Below are positions 25,324 to 33,217 of a stretch of 51,714 nucleotides of DNA, piece after piece; the first letter of the stretch is position 1; each line of letters opens with the position of its first letter. Source of the DNA: a virus; the IMG/VR virus record IMGVR_UViG_3300021389_000035, positions 1 through 51,714 of that record. One strand, 5' to 3'. Both the position numbers and the translations under genes were made by a program. Under the pieces are notes generated by a model. That model ran no database searches, was not told where the DNA came from, and saw only the letters and a program-made list of their open reading frames with translations.

Positions 25324-25504
25324 ATATAGTTGTCCGGTAGTACTGGACGAAGAAGGACATCAATGCATTGAGTTTAGTGATGAATTAATGGAAGAACTTG
25401 ACTTGAAGGTAGGGGATGTGATACAATGGGATCTAACAGAAGAAAATGGTTCTTGGATTTTAAATAAAGTAAAAAAGGTAGGAGAAGAAAATGAAGAAGG
25501 GTGA
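25316..25504 (+). CDS. small AbrB/MazE(SpoVT)-like protein, tentative
   Basis: 62 aa. IEFSDELMEELDLKVGDVIQWDLTEENGSWILNKV resembles the swapped-hairpin AbrB/MazE pattern (..l..lglk.GD.v.w....g.iil). Confidence 0.4.
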   Translation: MSKYSCPVVLDEEGHQCIEFSDELMEELDLKVGDVIQWDLTEENGSWILNKVKKVGEENEEG

Positions 25505-25760
25505 TATCGTTACAGTGATGACGGGTGTAGGTGAGTACATTGCACGATTGGATCGAATTGATGCAGGTGCAGTACATGTAACTGACCCACGTCTTATTGT
25601 ACGTGGTGAAGATGGTCAGATTGGTTTTGGTCGTGGTGTGTGTATGTCTGCTGTTGAAAATCCAAAGACTTTGACGTTTAGTGATGTTATTTTCACTGTA
25701 CCGACAAACGAGTCTTTTGAGAAAGCATGGATCGAAGCGACTAGTGGCATTATAATTTAA
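25491..25760 (+). CDS. hypothetical protein
   Basis: 89-aa ORF, 14-nt overlap upstream and TAATG junction downstream. No motif recognised. Confidence 0.5.
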   Translation: MKKGDIVTVMTGVGEYIARLDRIDAGAVHVTDPRLIVRGEDGQIGFGRGVCMSAVENPKTLTFSDVIFTVPTNESFEKAWIEATSGIII

Positions 25761-26428
25761 TGTCTGAAGTAACTATTCGGAACAAAGAACTCCTAGAGAC
25801 CCTTGACAGTTTTGTCGAGGATTTCTTTAGTCGTGACTATTCTAGTACTGACTACCAAGTGTATAGTGCAGAAGAAGATAAGACTAATGGGGAGTACTTT
25901 TGTTCCGAAGAGTACTTGACAGAGTGCCTGTCACGTGATACACTAGTAGGTGTACCAGACAGACATTTTGCACAACCTATCTCTAAGATGGTTCGTGCTC
26001 AACCCAAAGTCTGGTCTGATTATATGAAACGTGTCAAGTATGATTTTGCAGCCGATATCGGTGCACATACTTCTGCACTATTATCATATTATCCGCCTGG
26101 CGGGTTTGTTGGATGGCACACTAACTATGACGCATCTGCGTATCAAGTATTATTCACTTGGTCTAAGAGTGGCAATGGATACTTCAAGTATCGTGATAAT
26201 GATACGGGTGAGATAGTTACCTTACAGGACGTGCCGGGATGGCAATGTAGACACTACTACTTTGCTCCCGAAGATGAACCTAAAGATCTCTGTTGGCATT
26301 CTGCGTATGCAGGAGAAGACAGAATTACACTCGCATATAAGTTTTGCGGGTATGGAAAAAATGATCCTCGTGACCAACAGGCACGAGACTTACGTGATTT
26401 ATTAATTGAGGATATTGAAACAGAATGA
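25760..26428 (+). CDS. cupin/DSBH-fold protein, possible 2OG-Fe(II) oxygenase
   Basis: 222 aa. YYPPGGFVGWHTNYDAS ... LCWHSAYAGEDRITLAYKF suggests a His/Asp...His metal site on a beta-roll. Triad spacing is atypical. Confidence 0.4.
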   Translation: MSEVTIRNKELLETLDSFVEDFFSRDYSSTDYQVYSAEEDKTNGEYFCSEEYLTECLSRDTLVGVPDRHFAQPISKMVRAQPKVWSDYMKRVKYDFAADIGAHTSALLSYYPPGGFVGWHTNYDASAYQVLFTWSKSGNGYFKYRDNDTGEIVTLQDVPGWQCRHYYFAPEDEPKDLCWHSAYAGEDRITLAYKFCGYGKNDPRDQQARDLRDLLIEDIETE

Positions 26429-26670
26429 TTACATTGACCCCCGAAGATAAAAAGAAAGTTGCAGGTGCGATTAAAGAACTATCTGATAGTATGACTCGCA
26501 TTGATGCAGAGAAAGACTTGATTAAAGATATCGTTCAAGTTACCTTTGAGAATCATGGTGTGGATAAGAAACACATCCGCAAACTTGCAACCATCTATCA
26601 TAAAGCAAACATGGCAGAAGTTCGTACCGAGTACGAAGACCTTGAAGCATTATATGAGGAGTTGTTCTAA
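26425..26670 (+). CDS. GapR/DUF2312-like small DNA-binding protein, tentative
   Basis: 81 aa. IDAEKDLIKDIVQVTFENHGVDKKHIRKLATIYHK...EYEDLEALYEEL follows the GapR pattern (EK..I.DI....K..G.D.K.LR.......Y..AL). Confidence 0.4.
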   Translation: MITLTPEDKKKVAGAIKELSDSMTRIDAEKDLIKDIVQVTFENHGVDKKHIRKLATIYHKANMAEVRTEYEDLEALYEELF

Positions 26671-27236
26671 TGGCTGGTTCTGAATATTATGGAGATGTTA
26701 CCGTAGGTGGTCGCAGTCTGAATGATGCGACTCCTTCCGAGTGGGATCAGGCATACGAGAACACTAAATTGTCTGTAGATGATATCACTTATGTTGGTGA
26801 TGAGGCTAATATCAATTTTGATGCTGAAACCGACAAAACATTTTTCGTCAAAACTAGTCCCGATCCCGACAATGTTCCTCCTTTGTTCACTAGTTGGAAT
26901 GATCCTATGTTCAAATGTTGGAATGAGTATACGGATGATATTGATTACAAGTTCCGTGAAAGAGAACTGATCGAAGAGTTTAGGAAATATATAGATACTA
27001 CTTACAGTGGTCACTATGGTCAAGGGGGTCTTCAATCATCTGAGGTCATCGTTGATCGTGGTCATGGTATGGGATTCTTTGCTGGTAATATTGACAAGTA
27101 TAATGGTCGATATGGCAACAAGGGAGAGAACCCTGCTGACTGGCGTAAAGACATTATGAAAACAATTCATTATGGTTTTCTGAAGTTGTTTGAACACGAT
27201 AGGATTCATGGGAATAATGGGAATACTACTGACTAA
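26670..27236 (+). CDS. DUF3310-domain protein
   Basis: 188 aa. C-terminal GFFAGNIDKYNGRYGNKGENPADWRKDIMKTIHYGFLK matches the DUF3310 pattern (gf..gN.iKY..R...Kg...eDl.Ka.hY). Confidence 0.55.
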   Translation: MAGSEYYGDVTVGGRSLNDATPSEWDQAYENTKLSVDDITYVGDEANINFDAETDKTFFVKTSPDPDNVPPLFTSWNDPMFKCWNEYTDDIDYKFRERELIEEFRKYIDTTYSGHYGQGGLQSSEVIVDRGHGMGFFAGNIDKYNGRYGNKGENPADWRKDIMKTIHYGFLKLFEHDRIHGNNGNTTD

Positions 27237-28008
27237 TGGTGACTCGTTCACCTATGGCGATGAACTAGAGGGAAGTCGATCTCCGAATGGGATCGACACC
27301 CACCATCGTCACACATACACACACAAATTATCAGAGAGATTGCATCTCCCTTATGTGAACCTTGCAGAGAACGGTTCTTCAAACGCGAAGATTTACCGTA
27401 GAACACTCGACTTTCTAATGCGTCCATCTGACCATGTTGATATGGTTGTTATAATGTGGAGTAATTGGGGAAGGTTTGAGTTGTGTGAGTCTGAACATTT
27501 TCTTGCGGATAAAGATATACATATCCCTCAAGAATGTAACATGAACCAGATAATACCTTCACACAAGAGTACATCCTTTGAATTGCAATGGGGTGATAGT
27601 ACTAATAAAAATAGAAAGGAAATTCTCAAAGCATATACTGAAGATGTTCTTACCATGCAGACTCAAATATTATATGGGTTGAAATGTATGCAACAGATGC
27701 AGTTTATTTGTGAGATGATGATGATCCCTATCATACAGGGCGTAATCCACGGTGACATGTATAAAAATATATTAGCCACTCTCAAAATGGATGGTTTCGA
27801 AGATTATAAGAAAGAAGTTACAAAAATCCTTAAAGACTTGCGTCCTGAATGTAAAATGGGTTTGGGTAATTATACAGACCTTTATACCTTGGCTGAGAAA
27901 AGTTACACGTTAAAACCCATGGGTCATGCTGATGAAGATACCCATACGGAATACGCTAAACTTATTGCTCATATAATTACTGCGGCAGAAATGTTACCAT
28001 GTTACTAA
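27217..28008 (+). CDS. SGNH/GDSL-family hydrolase
   Basis: LLTNGDSFTYGDEL (block I GDS) and C-terminal GHADEDTH (DxxH). Start ATG 27217 chosen by analogy with the paralogue; 27190 or 27208 are possible. Confidence 0.65.
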   Translation: MGILLTNGDSFTYGDELEGSRSPNGIDTHHRHTYTHKLSERLHLPYVNLAENGSSNAKIYRRTLDFLMRPSDHVDMVVIMWSNWGRFELCESEHFLADKDIHIPQECNMNQIIPSHKSTSFELQWGDSTNKNRKEILKAYTEDVLTMQTQILYGLKCMQQMQFICEMMMIPIIQGVIHGDMYKNILATLKMDGFEDYKKEVTKILKDLRPECKMGLGNYTDLYTLAEKSYTLKPMGHADEDTHTEYAKLIAHIITAAEMLPCY

Positions 28009-28760
28009 CTAATGGTTGCAGTTTCGTATGGGGTGATGAGTTGCAGGGATATGATAAGAGTCCGCCAGAACATTACCATTTAACATTCACCCATCACTTA
28101 TCTAACAAATTAAAAACAGAATATGTGAATCTCGCTACTTGTGGTGCGTGTAATGATAAAATATTTCGAGACACTGTAGACTATCTTTTAGATCCGACCA
28201 AAGAAAATCCTACTCATATGGTAATTCTTTGGTCTGCGTGGCAGAGAGACGAGGCTGCAGAAAATAGATTATCTGGATGGGAAAGAGAGGTTGGTATCCA
28301 ACGGTTCCAGTGTATGTCTCAATTCTCTCCTGCTAGAATGCACCATATTAAACCTGAACTAGAAGAAGTATTATCCCCCGCATTAGAAAAGATGGATGTT
28401 CTTCGTACCAAAATAACACATCATCTAAGTTTCATGAAAAGTATGGAATTGATATGTGATAGTCTGGGTATCAAATTAATACAGGGTTCTTTCCACAGAA
28501 GGTGTTGGTCGAATATTTTATTGTCAACGCATCCAAGATTCAAAAGAACAGATTCTCCTTGGACTGAATGGATAGAATATACCCATAAATCACTTAGTAG
28601 TTTGAAAGATACCAGTAGACTTGGACTTGGTAGGTATATCGACTTTTATACTTTTGCCGAGAATGACTTCAAAATACTAGATTACGGTCATCCCAACGAA
28701 CCCGCTCATGAAGCGTGGTCACAATACCTATATGATATATTTGTAAAAGAGTTCTCATGA
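27999..28760 (+). CDS. SGNH-like hydrolase paralogue with altered catalytic motifs
   Basis: MLLTNGCSFVWGDEL (GCS instead of GDS) and GHPNEPAH (NxxH instead of DxxH). Collinear with the upstream paralogue. Confidence 0.6.
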   Translation: MLLTNGCSFVWGDELQGYDKSPPEHYHLTFTHHLSNKLKTEYVNLATCGACNDKIFRDTVDYLLDPTKENPTHMVILWSAWQRDEAAENRLSGWEREVGIQRFQCMSQFSPARMHHIKPELEEVLSPALEKMDVLRTKITHHLSFMKSMELICDSLGIKLIQGSFHRRCWSNILLSTHPRFKRTDSPWTEWIEYTHKSLSSLKDTSRLGLGRYIDFYTFAENDFKILDYGHPNEPAHEAWSQYLYDIFVKEFS

Positions 28761-29437
28761 AAAATATTATACTACAACACTGGTCGGGTGAGTTGAATTC
28801 ACTGACTCTACTATCATCTATGAGTATCTCTAAGTATGCTGAGATGGTAAACGCGGACTATGAACTTGTAAGAGGTGACCAATTCACTTCTATGGATGTG
28901 AGACCCGAACTACAGAAACTTGTTATGTTGGACAAACGATGGGATGACTATGACAATGTTGTTATGGTTGATGCCGACATGTTTGTTCGTAAGGGTTGTA
29001 ATGAAAACATATTTGAGTGTGAAGGCATAGGTAGACACACTCAAGTCCAAACCAATCTGCGTTCGGGTATTGCAAGAACACTCGGTTTCGTATGGGGTAA
29101 TGAAGGTGCACCTTACTGGGGTGGATCTATATACAAACTGACCAAGGAACAACGTAAGAAGTTCCGTAGTGTATTGACTGACGATATCGTGTTACGGTAT
29201 AAACAGAACTGGGTTGATGAAGGTGTCATGCACACTCTCGCACTTAAACTGGGAATGTCCCATACACAGAAGGGTAACTATCTGGACGGTCAGATGTGGA
29301 ATTATTCTTCGTTTGAACCTGATGTGGAACGTGCAAACTTTATACATATAAGAACAAAGATAACACCTAGTGGCCCCAAAGACACTAAGATGAATAACTA
29401 CCAAAGACTGGTAGACAGAGGGTTGATATCAACCTAA
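28757..29437 (+). CDS. GT-A fold glycosyltransferase (GT8-like, paralogue-like to ORF 12034)
   Basis: 226 aa. N-terminus IILQHWSGE..YAE..NADY parallels LIYQYWDGE..YAE..GAEY of ORF 12034. DxD in VVMVDADMFV. Confidence 0.6.
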   Translation: MKNIILQHWSGELNSLTLLSSMSISKYAEMVNADYELVRGDQFTSMDVRPELQKLVMLDKRWDDYDNVVMVDADMFVRKGCNENIFECEGIGRHTQVQTNLRSGIARTLGFVWGNEGAPYWGGSIYKLTKEQRKKFRSVLTDDIVLRYKQNWVDEGVMHTLALKLGMSHTQKGNYLDGQMWNYSSFEPDVERANFIHIRTKITPSGPKDTKMNNYQRLVDRGLIST

Positions 29438-29508
29438 AGAATCCCACCTACCTTGGGATCGTGACCTGAACATGTCCCTAAACTGTTCTCTTTCAAAGAT
29501 ATTAATTG

Positions 29509-29516
29509 TATAAATA
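29509..29516 (+). promoter_or_regulatory. T4-type late promoter TATAAATA
   Basis: Exact TATAAATA in the 113-nt gap, 35 nt upstream of ATG 29551. A gp55-type late sigma is encoded in this window. Confidence 0.6.
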
Positions 29517-29550
29517 GAATCGTACATAATAACTATTTTTGGATTTATTC

Positions 29551-30126
29551 ATGAAACTACTTTATACCCTACTTATTGGTGTGATTTTAACTTCTTCGGC
29601 ATATGCTCAAGAAAGTGTTATCGAAGACATTATAAAGACAGACTCTACAACTAATAGTACTGTTACCACAAAATCTGATTCGACAACTACTTTGAAGTCG
29701 CCTCCCCCTTCTGCTATTTCCCCCACGATTAATACGTCAAACTCTGACCTATGTACATTCGGTGTTGCGGGTGCAGTACAAACACAAATTCTTGGTATCT
29801 CTGCGGGTACACAGTTCACTGACTACAATTGTGAGAAACTAAAGAATGCTAAGACTTTATACGATATGGGTATGAAAGTTGCAGCAGTATCAGTGATGTG
29901 TCAAGACAGACGGGTTTTTGACGCTATGATGAATGCAGGAACACCTTGCCCATATGACGGTATGATCGGCGAAGAAGCTAAACTTGCGTGGGAAGCAGAA
30001 CTTGCCGCAGGTGGTTCACCCGAAGTGAAAAGCGATAAAGATAAAGAAAAGGAGATGACCACAAATGAGAAGACTCTTGCCGCTAGTGGTGGTATTGGCG
30101 CTCTGCTCCTCTTACTCTTACTCTGA
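29551..30126 (+). CDS. exported Ser/Thr-rich, Cys-containing protein with C-terminal poly-Leu tail
   Basis: Signal peptide MKLLYTLLIGVILTSSAYA/QE. S/T/P-rich linker, 5 Cys, C-terminus GGIGALLLLLLL. ATG 29551 preferred over the track TTG 29539. Confidence 0.65.
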   Translation: MKLLYTLLIGVILTSSAYAQESVIEDIIKTDSTTNSTVTTKSDSTTTLKSPPPSAISPTINTSNSDLCTFGVAGAVQTQILGISAGTQFTDYNCEKLKNAKTLYDMGMKVAAVSVMCQDRRVFDAMMNAGTPCPYDGMIGEEAKLAWEAELAAGGSPEVKSDKDKEKEMTTNEKTLAASGGIGALLLLLLL

Positions 30127-30925
30127 GGTCATATCCGGTACAACTAGGAACGCAACCGACTTTGGTTATAATTGGGTGATGCGAAATATCTTGCCACAAC
30201 AGGCAGGACTTGAAGTATCCAGTGTGTTGTACAGATATACTGCTATAAAGAATACCGAAGATGATATGGTCGTCTATGTCCAGAACGAAGATGCTGGCGG
30301 TGACGGTTACATCTTTCGAGAAGTGGATGATTGGTCTGGACGAAGATCGAACACTATTAATAAGATAGTTCCGGTAGACAATATACTGATAGACCGTTGG
30401 GGAGATGGTTCTATCGAATGGACTGGAGAAGGTACTGTAGAAGACGCACGGGTGGTTTACAACTATAGGTACGACCCATGTTTCGATCCACAGACTAGTC
30501 CTGACTGTCCTGGCTATGTTGTACCAATACCCGATATTCCTGAACCGGACTTGACTGCAATATACGAACAAGAACAAAGATTTATCAAGGAGGAAGCTGA
30601 GAAAAAGGCAGAACTTGATGAAGAGGAACAAAAGGAAAAGGATAGAAGGAGGGTTTCGATACAAAAGAATAGGGAACGTTTAGAAATCGCAATGGGTGCA
30701 GTTAACTCAGTGTTAATGAGTGCTGATGCACAACTAAAGCATGATCAGTTACTTGCGCTTGGTTTAATACCACCAGCATATATGAGAGATATATCTGGGG
30801 GAACATATGACGAAACAATTACATTAAAAGATGGTAAGTTACCAACTAATCCTAAAGGAAAAAGAGTTGGACTTGCTCAACAATTATTACATACAAAAAT
30901 GATAAATAGTCAGTATAACAACTAA
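30065..30925 (+). CDS. exported protein with central highly charged coiled-coil segment
   Basis: Signal peptide MRRLLPLVVVLALCSSYSYS/EV. EEAEKKAELDEEEQKEKDRRR segment. Its first 62 nt overlap the previous gene out of frame. Confidence 0.6.
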   Translation: MRRLLPLVVVLALCSSYSYSEVISGTTRNATDFGYNWVMRNILPQQAGLEVSSVLYRYTAIKNTEDDMVVYVQNEDAGGDGYIFREVDDWSGRRSNTINKIVPVDNILIDRWGDGSIEWTGEGTVEDARVVYNYRYDPCFDPQTSPDCPGYVVPIPDIPEPDLTAIYEQEQRFIKEEAEKKAELDEEEQKEKDRRRVSIQKNRERLEIAMGAVNSVLMSADAQLKHDQLLALGLIPPAYMRDISGGTYDETITLKDGKLPTNPKGKRVGLAQQLLHTKMINSQYNN

Positions 30926-30941
30926 TCTATAGGGGATAGTT

Positions 30942-31442
30942 ATGTTTAAACAAATTTTATTTGCCACGGTCGCATTAACTTCGACTGGCGTTATGGCATT
31001 TACAGAAGTGCCAATTACTGGTAACGTGGAGTCTAAGTGTGTTATCACTACCGACACGCCCGGAGTCTTTGGTAACCCTGTTAGCAATATTCTTAGTACT
31101 AAGTCGATAGATGGTGGGGTAGAACCTATCGTTCGATTCGATATCATTGAAGCTGGATCTTACAAGGCGGTTCTATCGTATCCTATCGAGTTTACCACTT
31201 CACCGTATTTGAACGATGTTGTGAATTGGACAGGATTGATTGATATTGCTGAAGTATCAGATACGTTGATGAATGACTTCGACAACACCAAAGTACTGTA
31301 CAACAATGTTACAGAATATGATTTGACTGTTGCTGGTAGTATATGGTTCAGATCAGAATCTCAAGCAGACTATGGTTATGGGAAATCATTTCCTGGCGGT
31401 GTCTACCGTGCCGCAGTCAGTGCTGAGTGTATAGCGCAATAA
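30942..31442 (+). CDS. exported beta-rich protein with pilin-like (SCPU/Csu- or DUF4402-like) pattern, tentative
   Basis: Signal peptide ..LTSTGVMA/FTE. N-terminal ITGNVESKCVITTDTPGVFGN and C-terminal GGVYRAAVSAECIAQ with a Cys pair resemble fimbrial-subunit termini. Confidence 0.55.
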   Translation: MFKQILFATVALTSTGVMAFTEVPITGNVESKCVITTDTPGVFGNPVSNILSTKSIDGGVEPIVRFDIIEAGSYKAVLSYPIEFTTSPYLNDVVNWTGLIDIAEVSDTLMNDFDNTKVLYNNVTEYDLTVAGSIWFRSESQADYGYGKSFPGGVYRAAVSAECIAQ

Positions 31443-31446
31443 TATC

Positions 31447-31821
31447 ATGCGTTATATTATGATGTTATTAGTCCTTATCGGTGGGTATGCGAATGCCCAC
31501 CAATGGACACCCACGTACCCAAAACTGAAGTTATCTCATGTCTCTGGTATTATGAAAGTTGATATGGAACTCTTCAACAGCAGGCAGGATGTTGGTTGGT
31601 ATGAAATATCCGTGTTCGATAAAGATTGGAATCCGGTAAAGTTTGCGGTAGGTGGTGAACGAATACTAAATGTTCCCTATCTAAAGAAACAAAAAGTGGA
31701 AGTGTATGTTAGATTTGGTGATACTAAACTTGTCAAATACATATGCAGTAAATCTAAGATAATAGCAGAAGATGAAAGAGTAACGGTGGTATCATCGAGG
31801 ATATGTTCGAAACTTAAATAG
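31447..31821 (+). CDS. small exported protein
   Basis: 124 aa. Signal peptide MRYIMMLLVLIGGYANA/HQ. Alternating-hydrophobic beta pattern. Confidence 0.6.
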   Translation: MRYIMMLLVLIGGYANAHQWTPTYPKLKLSHVSGIMKVDMELFNSRQDVGWYEISVFDKDWNPVKFAVGGERILNVPYLKKQKVEVYVRFGDTKLVKYICSKSKIIAEDERVTVVSSRICSKLK

Positions 31822-32267
31822 TGAGTGATGCAGTGAGATATTTTATAGTGATCCTAACAATATTATGTGTGGGACAGGTTCATGGAGATTCTAGTGCTTT
31901 GAATCTATCATTACCTCAATCCCCATCTAATTATGCTTCAGATCAAATTAGGGCTGGTGATATAGATTGTCGGAACGCAATTGGTTCTGCTACTAACGTA
32001 GAGTTCGGTGTTGTCGGTATAATCAATCAAGATGATCCATTCAATACGATGGGTATTGACAGTAACCTATACAATAATGGTAGTGGTAAAATGAAAGATG
32101 TTGGTGTATATGCCAAGATCACCATACCTATAGGTGCACCAAAAGAAAGAATCAACTGTAATACATTATACCAATTAGAACTTACTAAGAAAAGATTAGA
32201 AGTCCAGAAGTTACAAGCAGAGTTGGCGAATCTAAGAAAACTGAAATTCGAGGGTGATGAGAAATAA
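31821..32267 (+). CDS. exported protein with C-terminal coiled coil (GTG start)
   Basis: 148 aa. Hydrophobic N-terminus YFIVILTILCVGQVHG/DS. C-terminal LELTKKRLEVQKLQAELANLRKL. The GTG overlaps the previous TAG. Confidence 0.55.
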   Translation: MSDAVRYFIVILTILCVGQVHGDSSALNLSLPQSPSNYASDQIRAGDIDCRNAIGSATNVEFGVVGIINQDDPFNTMGIDSNLYNNGSGKMKDVGVYAKITIPIGAPKERINCNTLYQLELTKKRLEVQKLQAELANLRKLKFEGDEK

Positions 32268-32779
32268 TGTCAGAAGAAGAAGACAAAACAGAAATCGAAT
32301 TTGGAGGAATGACCTTCAAAGGTGGTAGGATGTTCGCATTGATCACCGCTCTCTCTACACTTGGTGGTGCAGCCTGGGGTGGTTTTGAATTCTACAATGA
32401 CTATCGTAATATGAAAGAGATTGTGGAGAATATTGACGTAGACGCTATCTCAGCACGTAACGATATTATTGAGACCAAACTAGACGAAGCAATAGAGTAT
32501 ACCCGTGACATTAAGTCTGGTCTACGTGACGACATCATCTCTATCGAGAAACAAGCAGACCGTGTAGAGGACAATCTAAGAATTACCGAAACTGAAGTAC
32601 GTGACATGATCGATAAAGCAAATGATCGATTCGAAGACAAACGCAACCAACTACAAGAAAACTACGATACCCAACTCAACCGTCTACGTGACAAGAACGA
32701 CCGAGAGTTAAAAGAACTCGAAGAACGTCTCACAGACCTAGTTCAAAAGGCATTGGATAACCCCCTGTCCGATAACTAA
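32267..32779 (+). CDS. N-terminally anchored (type II) membrane protein with long coiled coil, i-spanin-like topology
   Basis: 170 aa. Single TM FALITALSTLGGAAWGGF followed by about 130 aa of charged heptad-like sequence. TAATG junction with the previous gene. Confidence 0.6.
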   Translation: MSEEEDKTEIEFGGMTFKGGRMFALITALSTLGGAAWGGFEFYNDYRNMKEIVENIDVDAISARNDIIETKLDEAIEYTRDIKSGLRDDIISIEKQADRVEDNLRITETEVRDMIDKANDRFEDKRNQLQENYDTQLNRLRDKNDRELKELEERLTDLVQKALDNPLSDN

Positions 32780-32818
32780 GTACACACCAATTCGCATATA
32801 AAGAGAATTTGTGTATAC
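32780..32818 (+). other. imperfect hairpin at the end of the late operon (no U-tract)
   Basis: GTACACACCAATTC (32780-93) pairs 12/14 with GAATTTGTGTATAC (32805-18), 11-nt loop. Starts right after the stop at 32779. Confidence 0.35.
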
Positions 32819-32829
32819 CTAATCCCCCC

Positions 32830-32858
32830 TTGACATCCTCCCCTTACTGTGGTATACT
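32830..32858 (+). promoter_or_regulatory. strong promoter with extended -10 and no ORF immediately downstream
   Basis: TTGACA 32830-32835, 17-nt spacer ending in TGG, TATACT 32853-32858. The next credible start codon is 155 nt away, behind another promoter. Confidence 0.6.
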
Positions 32859-32947
32859 AAGCCTTATCCAGTCGGGGAGGGTGATTATACCTTTCCGTTA
32901 TATCAAACCCCATAAAAGTGTTAAAAAGTCTAAAAGAATCAGCTGAT

Positions 32948-33003
32948 AAGTGTTGACTTCTTGTTATGATTATGAGATAATGGTTACCTAATTGAGTTGA
33001 GAG
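32948..33003 (+). repeat. early promoter + leader cassette, copy A (56 bp identical to 33218-33273)
   Basis: AAGTGTTGACTTCTTGTTATGATTATGAGATAATGGTTACCTAATTGAGTTGAGAG occurs twice exactly, 270 bp apart. Confidence 0.95.
32953..32981 (+). promoter_or_regulatory. early-cassette promoter (extended -10)
   Basis: TTGACT 32953-58, 17-nt spacer ending in TGA, GATAAT 32976-81. Conserved leader ATTGAGTTGAGAGG supplies the RBS. Confidence 0.7.
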
Positions 33004-33012
33004 GTGTTTGTT

Positions 33013-33183
33013 ATGACTTTATCTTTTGAATGTGTTACCCAAAACTTTCCATCAACAATTGGTATGGCGGTAGGTTCTACCGTTATCGTGCGGGACGTTC
33101 CCGCTTCATCTAACCCAAACGGGGTGGCCACTCTAGAGGTCAAACGTCTGACCGAAGACTACTGCGATGTACAGGAGTTATAA
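33013..33183 (+). CDS. 56-aa hypothetical early protein
   Basis: Hand-translated MTLSFECVTQNFPSTIGMAVGSTVIVRDVPASSNPNGVATLEVKRLTEDYCDVQEL. ATG 9 nt after the GAGAGG of the cassette leader. Confidence 0.55.
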   Translation: MTLSFECVTQNFPSTIGMAVGSTVIVRDVPASSNPNGVATLEVKRLTEDYCDVQEL

Positions 33184-33217
33184 AGACTTCGGTTCTCATG
33201 ACAAAATGTTCTAAAGA

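Noticed and set aside
31821-32779. Calling 32267-32779 and 31821-32267 an i-spanin/o-spanin pair.
   Set aside because: The 170-aa protein has i-spanin-like topology. The neighbour, however, lacks a canonical lipobox (TILC, with Leu at -1), is long for an o-spanin, and precedes rather than follows or nests within the anchor gene. No endolysin or holin is nearby. Kept only as one hypothesis within the operon finding.
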